From: Rhina ancylostomus
Lineage: Eukaryota
Direction of reading: 5' to 3'
NCBI GenBank assembly: GCA_030265395.1
Contig: JARFYF010000063.1
Span: 87,828,592-87,892,591 of the forward strand
Length of the DNA stretch: 64,000 nt
The position numbers and the translations under genes are program-made. A model generated the notes under the pieces. It worked only from the letters and a program-made list of their open reading frames with translations. It was not told the DNA's origin and did not search any database. Below are positions 28,901-40,900 of this stretch, in pieces (the stretch's first letter is position 1; each line of letters opens with the position of its first letter).

Positions 28901-31900
28901 CGGTAGTAAACATTTTGCAATGAGAGAGATTGAGTGAAGTGTTAATGGGATGACATAGCATGGTTTGACACACTAGTCTGCATTGAGATTGGGTCTGTTG
29001 TAGACCACTAGGTTAAAATCATGGCTTATATGCAAAGACAAGAACTTCTGTAAATAGCCAATTTTAGAAGGATGCTTCAGTTCTTTTTAGGTTTTGAGAA
29101 GTGTTAAAGGTCTTTTGTACAGTAATTAATGCTGCTCCCTGTGTTTATCTTGAAGGTGACACCCAGTGATGATCGTGCTTCCAGCTGCATGGAATCCACT
29201 GTCTGATTTGGGGAACAGTCTCTGGGAGGAGGTGGTTGAAGACGACCCTGGTGGTGATCCTCCCTGTGGCAGACAGAATGGATAACCCCCTGTAGTTATC
29301 AGTATCAGGTTTGTCTCTGTCTCTTTTCTTGAAGGTTATTATGTCATCTGATGTCTTCCTCCTTCCAGATGTGGAAGATGAGAGTGTGACTGAAGTTCCT
29401 CTCAACTAATTTTTAATAATTTCAATAGGGATACTCACAAGACTGTTCAGTTTCTCATTTGGCATATGGCCTTTTTGACAACTAATGAGTTGGGGTGGCA
29501 GTAAGGTAGTTGGGACCCAATAGTTTGCTGTGGAATGAAGTTAATGTATTTGATTTAAGGACAGACTCACAGTTGAGGCATTCTTTAAGCAAATCCTAAC
29601 TGTTGTTTTCTCCTAGATAAGTTCTCCTCTTGGCATTCACTGGGTTGCGCCCTTGAGTTTTTGGGGTATATTTGTGTAGTACTGAAGAATTCATGCATGA
29701 CAGCTTCTGTCCCACGGTGATAGACTATTGAATGGTTCCCTTATCTGACGAGATGGACTCTGAACCTCACAATCTACCTCATTTGACCTTGCACCTTTAT
29801 TGTCTACCTGCAATGCACTTCCCTGTAGCTGTGACACTTTGTATTCTGTTATTGTTTTTACCCTGTACTACCNNNNNNNNNNNNNNNNNNNNNNNNNNNN
29901 NNNNNNNNNNNNNNNNNNNNNNNNNNNNNNNNNNNNNNNNNNNNNNNNNNNNNNNNNNNNNNNNNNNNNNNNNNNNNNNNNNNNNNNNNNNNNNNNNNNN
30001 NNNNNNNNNNNNNNNNNNNNNNNNNNNNNNNNNNNNNNNNNNNNNNNNNNNNNNNNNNNNNNNNNNNNNNNNNNNNNNNNNNNNNNNNNNNNNNNNNNNN
30101 NNNNNNNNNNNNNNNNNNNNNNNNNNNNNNNNNNNNNNNNNNNNNNNNNNNNNNNNNNNNNNNNNNNNNNNNNNNNNNNNNNNNNNNNNNNNNNNNNNNN
30201 NNNNNNNNNNNNNNNNNNNNNNNNNNNNNNNNNNNNNNNNNNNNNNNNNNNNNNNNNNNNNNNNNNNNNNNNNNNNNNNNNNNNNNNNNNNNNNNNNNNN
30301 NNNNNNNNNNNNNNNNNNNNNNNNNNNNNNNNNNNNNNNNNNNNNNNNNNNNNNNNNNNNNNNNNNNNNNNNNNNNNNNNNNNNNNNNNNNNNNNNNNNN
30401 NNNNNNNNNNNNNNNNNNNNNNNNNNNNNNNNNNNNNNNNNNNNNNNNNNNNNNNNNNNNNNNNNNNNNNNNTTCCAAGCATTTTGAGGCGGAGAGCTTT
30501 CCCTACTGCTTCCTTACAAATTTCACCTTGTCAGAGGACTGCATCTCCCCTTGGATTTGAAGCTGCTAATGCGTTCCCTCCTATGTGTGTGTTTTGATGT
30601 CTCTGCAGCAGTTCTGGAACTCCAGTAATCATGGACTTCCTTGTCATTGGACCAATACCTTGCTCTTTCGAAGCCTGTGTGGTAACCAGGATGCAAAGAC
30701 TATCCCACATTGTAAGAAATCATGTGCAAGCATCTTCCACTGCTCAAGATAAAACTCAGGATCTAGAAATGTCAGAACCCTCATGGATCTTGTTTTAAAT
30801 CATCAAATAAATTTACAATGTTTTTAAACTTCCCTCTCTAAAAATTGAGTTTTAAAATTTAAAAAAAAAAGTGCAGCCTCTGGAATGTCTGCTACAACTC
30901 AAGCTTCTATCACTTTACAAACTGAGTAAAATGCTGGATGATTTTGCAGAGCTTCAGATTTAGGTTGGTGATGGACTACAAGCTTGAGTTAGAAATGAGA
31001 AGACAGAGAACAGTGCATCTGGAAAGAAGTCTCAAAAATGGACTTGAAATCAGTATTTGCTTGCTGATACTGATACTAATGATGAGAAATTAAGACAGCA
31101 GATTATTAAAAATAATGAACAGCCCTAAAATTGATTCTTACCTTGCTGAGTGTAGGCTTTTCATTTTCACTTGCCTCAGTTTTTTTCCTTCTACCTTTTT
31201 TCTCCATTGGTTGATATGATGCTTCATTTTCTTTGACATTCTCAAATGATTCATTTCTTTTTCTTCCTGGTTGAGTTGCCTCCATTTTGGTTTGCTCTGC
31301 ATCATTTCTTCCTCTTCCACGTCCCCTTCCTTTACCTGAAGCAAATAAAATGAACAAAGAAAAAATTGATAAATAACTTGCTATGTTTTAGTGCTTATCA
31401 ATAGTGATCATTTTTTTGGACAAATTCTACCACCATTTTCTCAGTAGATGCACAAGCAGATTAAAAAATATTATTGAAATAATGAAAGGAATTGGCTTGT
31501 TCAGATGGAATTGTGATAATCAAAATGGCCTCTAGTGTGGTAGTAACGCTACTAAAATTATTAACAGAAAATGCTGCAAACACTCATTAGGTTAGTCAGA
31601 AACAGTTTACTTTTCAGGTCAAAAACCCTTCATAAGAAAGGCCTGAAATGTTAACGTAAATACTATTTCTGTTCTCACCTGCTGCATATTTCCAGCATTT
31701 TCTATTTTTATTTGCTTTCCAGGATTTGTAGCTTTTTTTAATTTTTAAGTTAGCAATGTTTGTTATGCTCAACTGATTGCAACTTTTGGATTTCCTGGCA
31801 TATAGGGTTGAATACAGAAATCTAGAAGTTGCAGTCAATGATTTTCTGTAAAAATGTGGGCTATGCTTTTACATTTAATTCAACACTGTTTAACAAGAGA

Positions 31901-34900
31901 GCAAGAGAAATTAAAAGTAAATTCGCATTACAAGCAAATAACCCGCACAAAGATCCTGAAGAGGAACAAATAGTACCTGCATATTTATAATTGATGCAAA
32001 GGACTCTGAAATTGTTAATTTAATAGACTTTGGGAAAGTCTTAATTTAAAGCTTAATGAATCATTGAAGTGTTTAAATATGTCAAGTTAAAATTTTTAAA
32101 TTTAAATATTCTGAATGACTGAAATATTAAAAAGATTTAAGTCTGCAGATATGCTCAGCCTACTGTCAGATTTCTTTTGATGTTGTGGACTGGAGTAGCT
32201 TTGACTGTCCTATGTTATACCACTCCTATGTCTGCCACATTCAAGAACATACAACAGAAGTCTCTCTCTAATTTGTCAAAGTTCACAGATAAGTATACTT
32301 TGTTTTTACTGAGGTCAATTGCAAGCACAGACTTTGACCACAAAATCTAAGTCATAGTTTCCAGCATTTGATAGAGCTGTAATCTGATGAGGACTTAAAT
32401 ATTATGATATTTCATATGACTACACAACAAAATTACCAATGGTGCAATTGCTTAAGTACTGCTAATCTTGGTGATTATTAATTCTTTGTATATATAACGG
32501 TAACATTTTGGAATATTCTTATGCTGCCAAATAATACAAAAATACAAATAGTATTTCTATACTTTTTGCATGCTGAGGCACATCTTTGAGCCCTTTTATA
32601 GGAAGTGTAAGGATTGCCAATTTCTCCCCACTGTGGATCTTCTATAACTGATATGTGCTTATCTTCCTGCAGCAAGGAATCAAAAATACTTCTCTATTGC
32701 TCTGAGAACTTGGAAATAAGTTTCTCAGTAGCATGACTGAACAAACATTGAACAATGCCAAGGAAAACCTACTCATGAAAGAATAAAATTTTTCCTTGAT
32801 TTTTATATTCCACCAATTTGCATGCAGTAACTTTCATAGTATAAACAATTTTGTAAGATTAATTTCAAAATGTTAAAAATACCCACTTATGAAATAATAG
32901 AATGGTAGGTATTTATCTGCTAAGTCTACTATTGTTTATGCTATGGATGCAGTTTACATCTGGATTCTGAACAAAACTTTAAAAATGGTGGTTGTCATAT
33001 TCATTCTGCTGTTGATAATTTAGTATATTGCTGATTAAATTATTAGCAAGTATTGCAGTTCTTTACCAGGAGACTAACTGATTTGTTTTACATAGAATAT
33101 ACATCAACCAAATAAACCACATCTCCCAACTATTCACTGCTGCTGTTTATATCCAATTCAGGTCTCCTGTCATTTTACCTACCTCATCATTTCACATTAT
33201 AGTATATTTTCCCATTTCATTTTGAGTTCTCTAGTTTCTTTTGAAATTGAAAAGGAACCAACAGAGTGAGTTAAGTTACCTAACAGTTTTTGATAAAAGC
33301 ATAAAAGACAAATAGTTTATTGACCAAAAATAATTTTAAAATGTTACACCTCAAAACTAATTCAATAAAGCAAGGTGCTATTGCAATTCCTGTGTTTACA
33401 TAGTATTTGTGAACTCTTGACAATACTTTGTCAAAAATAAACTTTGAATTAATATAGAAATTGAAGTAGAAGAAATAGGCACAGCTTAATGATTTTCCTC
33501 AGCTAGATTAAATGATACAAAACAGTAAAATATTAAAACATTTTGATTAATATAAACGCAATGTTCAAGTGTAATCATATTACACATTATTTATAACTTT
33601 AATTTGCTGAAAAATTCTGACCTCAAAAATAAAAAGGATGAACTCTGTGTGAATCAATTATAAATTATAAATCGATAATATTCCAGGAAAAATAACCCTT
33701 ATTCATCAACAGTTTGTTCTCCAGGGAAGGAAATCAAAGTCATGCAATGTGGAAACTGGCCCTTTGGCTAAACTGGTCCATGCTGACTAAAATTCTGATC
33801 TAAGCTGGTCCCATTTCCCCCATTTGGCCCATATCCATCTAACACTTTCCTATCCATATACCTTTAAAATTTTGTTAATGTAATGCCTTAACCACTTCCT
33901 TTGACAGCTCATCCCATATACTGACTACTCCCTGGGTGAAAAAGTTGCCCCTCAAGTTCCTATTAAATCTCTCCTCTACTTCTTGAATCCCTAACCCCGG
34001 GATTCAAGACTGGGAACATTGACCCTATCTATGCCCTCAATTTTATATTCAATCTAAGATCACCCCTCATTCTCCTGTGCTCCAATCTCAAGAAGTCTCA
34101 AGCTGCCCAATCTCTCTCCATAACTCATTCCTTGAGCAGCATCCCTGTAAACCCCCTCTGCACTCTTTCCACTTTAATGGTACTTTTCCAATTGCAGAGT
34201 GACAAAAACTGAACACAATATTCCAAATGTGGCCTCACCTATATCTTGTACAACTGCAATGTAACATCCCAATCGCCTTCACCACCCCACTTATCTTTAA
34301 TCGCCACTTTCAGGGAACCACGTACTTGTACTCTTAGATCCCTCTATTCTGCAACACGCTCCAGGAACCTACTGAAGTCCAGGTGTTTCAAATAGTATAA
34401 ATATAAGCAACTATTCTAATAAAATTTAGTGAACTTGTGTACAAACTCTTCCTCAACATTTAACCCATTAGTATAAATCAAACTGGAGTGCAATTTTTGG
34501 ATGAAAGCATCATGTAGATCAATGCTATTTATGTGGCTCTGCAGTACTACACACAAGTGATTACAGAAGACATATATGCTCTATTATACCCCTTAATATT
34601 AATCCACATAAAGCCAAAATTTGTGCCAATGTTCAACTTAATTGAAACATCCTCAAAGTATATAATCCCAATAATTAACCCAAATTGCATTTTGGAATAT
34701 TTTTCTGGACATTCACAAGTTATGAAGACAAGCTCACCAGAAGTAAATTTACTTTCACTGGCAAAACATATTAAAAATAAAAGCCAGATTTTTTTTAATT
34801 AAAGAATTGAAAGATTAAAACAAAGACAACATGGTGTATTTAGGATTAGTCTCAAACAGTATCTTAAAACTAGAAAACAAATATGAAACTAGCAGCCCCT

Positions 34901-37900
34901 TAAAAAAAAGTAGTGTTTAAATAAATTAAACACTAACCTCTTTCCTGGGTAGAGTATCATTATATTTTTTTTCAACAACATGGAGTGTTGAAAGAACATC
35001 TCATTAACCAAAAGGTTGAAGATTATAAATATTAAACAGCTAAGTAATCCTTCCATGGAGTTGGCTAAATATTACAGAACATTGAACAGTACAGCACAGT
35101 ACAGGCGCTTCGGCCCAAGATGTTATGTCAACCTATATAAACCTTATCTACCTTCTCTCTATCCCCCTCTCTACTTCACCTCCCACAACCCTCTTTTTCT
35201 TTCTTCTATTTGCCTATCTAAGAATCTCTTAAATGACCTTATCTTAGCCCCTATCACCACCACCACCACCACCCACCCAGCAGTGAATTCCAGGCACCCA
35301 CCAATCTCTGTATAAAACCTACCTGACATTCCCCCCTGAACTTTCCTCCACACACCTTAAACAGGTAACCTCCAGTATTGGCCATTATTGTATTTAATAG
35401 ATACTTGTAGATTATAATGATCAGACAGCTTTTGGTAAATGTGGAAACCTGGAAATATTACTGGCCCACTAAAATTATGAGCACCATATTATTAACCAGA
35501 TTTTGTTCTATCTTTGATCAGAATCTAGGAATTACAAAAATATGGCACAAATTTCACCAACTGGAGAACTTAGCTCTGGTGTTCACTCTAACCAGGAAGT
35601 TAACTGAATTGGACAAAATGTATAACAGGGTAAATTGTTTACATAGTCCACTGAGGGTATGCAGCTCAATAGATCTGTTGTCTTACATCAGTTGCTAAAG
35701 CATGAAGTAATTACTTTATCAGTATTCAGATAATACAGCTCATTCAAAAACAAAATCCAGTGAACGAATTCTTTAAAACAATTAAAATAAGTTTATACAA
35801 ATGAGACCCAAGATTACTTAAATGAGCATAAATGGTAACAAGAGAACTCAATGTCAAAAGCCTATCAAGTAATCCAAAAAATGGTAATTGAATTTAACAT
35901 GAACTTTGGTTCTAGGCTTGCTTTGAAGTTTCTTTCTGTCTTGGATGTAATCAAGACAAGCGGCATAACTGATCTTGATTATTCAACGAGTGCAAAACAA
36001 ATCACTTATTCTGGCAAATCCTACTACCAGTCACAGTAAATTATAAACTGGATTTTTCTTACTACCTTGGTGACATTTTATACAAATCACAATACCCACT
36101 GGAAGCGTAGGGATTTACAGGAATATAGTATGGTTCTGAACAGATTGCTTAATAATAATGCTACCTGATCTCCATTAGCTTCCTTCCCTGTAGCCCATTA
36201 AGAATTTCAAAATTCCCATTTAGATATTCCTCCACAAGCTTGCTCCACCCAATTTTACAACATCTTCCAACCAGCTCATGCCCTTCATCTCAAGAACAGA
36301 GGCAGAGCTCTTAACTCCCCTTGCACAAGAGAAACTCCCTATTCTCTAAACCAGTGCCTTGTGCATTCCCCTTCTTCTTAAAGCTTTGATCTACTCTGCT
36401 AATCTTCAGTATCTGTTTTGCTTCAGTTTTCATCCAAGCCCCAACCCTATTCCCATTTGTTTTTGAAGCATACATGGACACTGAAGTTTAAGCATAAGCT
36501 TTTGATATTGGCCAGCCACATTAGATGATGTTTTGTTTGGCCAAATAGTACACAAGATTCCTTAGATGATTAGGTAAAGCAACTAAGACCCTTTAGTCAT
36601 GGTTTTGGCAGGTGAAGCAGTATGGGGCAACATTCAATTCTCACACTTACTACATGTATGTGATTTGATTTCAGAGTGTGAAATTTTACTCATGAAGCCC
36701 TGGAGGTTGGAAAAAAATCAGAGAGATATCTTCTTTCTCTAATGATGGTTGTTACAGTTGCTTTCCATGTAGGATTTTCAATATGAAATATTTCTGCCAT
36801 ATGCAGCACTATTGATTATTACTAGCTTAGTGTTGCAGTATGATTGTCAGTTTTTTTTCTCTGAAGGTAAGCAAGGAAAACTAATATTTAACTCAAGTAA
36901 CTGAACACCAAAGGACCAATATATTACAAATTTAAATACTGCAAACAATCCAGATCAAAGCAGCCCACTTTGACTGGCACCTCATTTCTGACCCTAAACA
37001 TTAACTACATTCATTACTGATGCAATGTCTGCAAGGTGTACCGTTCATAAAGTTCTCTGCCATTATACACCTAAGCTCCTTAAACATCAAAATCAACTCT
37101 CAATCAAGGACAGTGGCAACAGGTGCATAAAACACCACCACCTGTAGGTATCTCCAAGTCTGAAAATGCATTGCCTAAAATTAGAAAGAAACTTCATATC
37201 TAATAGCACTGTGGGAGTACCTTTACTAAAAAGGGATTGATTTACATTGTTGCCTTCCACTGCAAGGATGTATTTGTCTGAGCTTGGTAGAAGCAAACTT
37301 CTTTGGTCATTAGAAAATCGAAACAACTACAGATGCTGTAAATCTGAAACAAAAACAGAAAAAGCTGGAAACATTCAGCAGGTCAAGCAGCATCTGTGGA
37401 AGGAGAAATAATTAATGATTCAGGTCTGGGATCCTTCGTCAGAACTGGGATAGAGAGAAATAAAGTTGGTTTTCAGAGGGACGGAAGGTGGGAAAGCGAT
37501 GTGTAGAACAGAGAATCTCTCTCATAGGGGTAGTCCAGATGGTTTAATAGGGGCAGTTACCAGCATGTTAAGCTTCTTTGTCTGTGTAATGTGTTGTAAA
37601 TGGTGAAGCTATGGAATGTGCCCAGCAGGCCAGACTATACAAAAATAAGAAAAACAGAGCCAATGTGAAGACAAGCAGAAGTGGCCAGTTCCGATACAGA
37701 CAGAAAGGAGTGAGTTGGAGAATTTGATAGTCCAGAAGGCTGCAGTGTGCTCAGATGGAAGGTGAGGTGTTGTTCTTCAAGCTTGCTTTTGGTCTTTTTG
37801 TAACAGTGCAGGAAGCCACAGACCGAAAGGTCAGAGTTGCAGTGGGATGGTGGATTAAAGTAGCAGGCACCCAGAGGCTCAGGATCACCCCTGTGGACTG

Positions 37901-40900
37901 AGGGCAAGTGCTTCACAAAGAGATAACCCAGTCTGTGTTTGGTTTCTCCAGCTGAGAGGGATCACCCCTGTGGACTGAGGGCAGGTGCTTCACAAAGAGA
38001 TAACCCAATCTGTGTTTGATTTCTCTATCAGAGAGGAGGCCACATTGTGAAAACTAAATGCAGTAGACTAGTCCAGAAAAAATGCAAGGGCATTGCTGCT
38101 TTCCCTGGAAAGATTGTTTGGGTCATTGGATGATGGGAAGAGGTGAAAGAACAGCTGTTACATCTCCTACAGTTGCATGGGAAAGTTGTATAAGGGGCTG
38201 GGTCCAACCACATAGAAGCCATGGCCAAGGAAGCATACCAGCATCTCTACTTCCTCAGGTGGCTAAAGAAATGTCCCTGTTGATCCTCACCAATTTTTAT
38301 CAATGCACCACAGAAAGCATCCTTTCCAGATGTAACACAGCTTGGTATGGTAACTGCTCTGCCCGAGACCACAAGTAATTACAGACAATTGTGGACACAG
38401 CTCAGCACATCGTGAAAATCAGCCTCCCTTCCATGGACTCTGTCCACACTTCTCACTGCCTTGGTAAAGCAGCCAATGTAATCAAAGACCCCTCCCACCC
38501 TGGACATTCTCTCTTCTCCCCTCTCCCATTGGGCACAAGATACAAAAGCCTGAAAGCAAGTGCCCTCCAGGCTCAAGGACAGCTTCTATCTCACTATAAG
38601 ACTACCGACCAGACATCTTGTACATTAAGATGGACTCGTGATCTCACAATCTACCTTGTCATGACCTTGCATCTTGTTGTCTGTCTGCCTGCACTGCACT
38701 TTCTCTGCAACACTATATTCTGCATTCTGTTATTGCTTTTTCCCCCTGTACTACCTCAATGTGCTGATGTGATGAAATGATCTGTATGGATGGCATGCAT
38801 ATCAGAGTTTTTCCACTGTACCTCAGTAAATGTGGGAATAATAAACCAATTTATGAATTTTAGATGGGGACAGAAGATCAAAGCAGGCAGCTGTGAGGGG
38901 GTAATCCCTGCAAAATGCTGAAGGGATGGGGGGCATGTGGAATCATTGGCACTGACAGAAAACACAAAGAATGATCTGTTGAATGCAGAGGCTTGTGGGG
39001 TGGAAAGTAAAGACCAGCAAAACACTTTCTTTGCTTGGTCCAGAAGGGTGGGAAATACACAAGATGTGGTTAGGGGTTCTGTCCGCTAAAGGAGAGGAGA
39101 ACCCATGGTTCACGTAGAAGACAGACATTTCAGAGCCATCCATGCTGAATGTCTCATCATCAGAGCAAATGCAATGGAGATAGAGGAACTGAGATAATGA
39201 AATGGAGTCATTACAGGAAGCAGGGAGTGAGGAAGTATAGTCAAGGTAGCTGTGGGAGGCTAATAATGCATGCTTGTGGCTAGTCTACCCTTGTGATGTA
39301 GATGTAGAGGTACAGGAAGGAAAGAGACAGATGAGCCATCTGAAGGTAAGCACTGGGTGGAAATTGGCAGCAAACATTCTACACGAGTGCAGGAAGCAGC
39401 ACAAATGCAACTATTATTGTACCAGGAAGGGCTGGAATGGGCCTAAGTGGGACTAAAGCAAAGAATGTTTCCCGAATCCCATAAAAAGACAGGTGTAACT
39501 GGGGCCCCATGCAGATGCCCAAAGCTATATCTTTTGATCTGGAGAAAGAGTGGAGTTGAAGGAGAAGTTGTTTAATGTCAGCACAATTTCAGTCCAGCAA
39601 ATGTGTTGGTGGAGGGGGCTGGCTGGGTCTCTTTTCAAGGAAGGAGCAGAGGGCCTTCAGCCTGTCCTGATGTGGGATGAAGTTGGAGAGGTACTGAACA
39701 CCCATAGTGAAGACAAACTGTTTGGGATTAGGGACTTGTAAATGACTGAAATCGCAGACAGCATTCAAAGAGTCACTGAGGTAAGGTGGGGAAGGACTGG
39801 ATGAAGGGAGAAAGGATGGAGTCAATGTGGAAAGAAATAAGTTTGGTAGAACAAGAGCAAGCTGAAATAATGGATCTGCCTGGAGAGTCCTGCTTCTGGA
39901 TCTTGGCAGAAGAGAAAAGTTACACAGGGCTGTAGCAATACAAGGTTAGAAACTGGAGTATTCATTTTCAAGTTTTCTCTTTATGATTATTAATGATTGC
40001 TGCTGTGGGATTGTTCTGCAGATACCTGCAGCCCCCTAGTGGTACTTTGCTGTTTTTGGGTATGCGTTTCAAAAGCTGCTCTGCTGGTGATCGAGGGAAG
40101 TAGAATTCAGACCTACCACAAACAGGAGAATTTCTGTGTTATTATAATTTTATATACAAATTGATCTTTTCCTGCTAATTCAAAAAAGGCATCTTATTAT
40201 CAGGGAACTGCTGGACTGTTGTTAAAAACCATCTGGTGCACCAATGTCCTTTAAGAAAGGCAATTTACTATCCTTATCCTGTCTGGCCTATATATGACAC
40301 CAGATTCAAATTCAAGGCCAGGTAGAGATGGATAACAAATGCCAGAGTTACAAAGAACATCCAGATCTCACAAATGATCAAGTTAAAAAGCTACTGTCAG
40401 GAACAATATTCTACTTCTTTGTTACTTAAACCTTGCACCTCTCCTTTGTCCCTTCAACCAGGGCCTTGACAATGTCATTCAGGAACATAGTCAGAAACAT
40501 TTTCCACTCACTATGTGCAGAAGAGTGAACCCGTTTTTCCCCTCAAGTTCATCAACATATCTGAAGAGACCATTGTCTCCCATCATAACTGTGCTACTTA
40601 GAGAAACATATTCTCTATTTCCTTTGCACTAATTCATCATGCTGTAACAACTCAAACCTAACATCAATGTAGTTTCTGCAGGCTCTTTTGTGTAGGGAAG
40701 TGACAGAGGTAGAGTTATCAACAGAACATTTTCATTGACAATAACTCTGAACTAAACAGCACTGACTGGTAAAACAATACATCAACGTCATGCCACAGGG
40801 CACTCAGTTTTTAAAGGTGTGTGTATGTATATATATAATTTTTTTTCTACAACTTCATTTGTTTAAAAAAAATCTGTTCCAGACAAGATATTGAACAATT

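Larger units (their letters stand above)
37315..39950 (-). mobile_element. Penelope-like retroelement (RT plus GIY-YIG remnants), interrupted
   Basis: GIY-YIG C-terminal remnant ...YFNPPSHCNSDLSVCGFLHCYKKTKSKLEEQHLTFHLSTLQPSGL; RT remnant FVFTMGVQYLSNFIPHQDRLKALCSFLEKRP; terminal region with a hammerhead-like core. Confidence 0.85.

Noticed and set aside
29732-30597. Longest ORFs in the track (204-265 aa)
   Set aside because: Mostly X residues from the 600-N gap.
40595-40645. Minus-strand ttacag|...VQRK*RI resembling the start of the exon 5 KBM
   Set aside because: In-frame stop and no LPxW; the similarity is too short to exceed chance.
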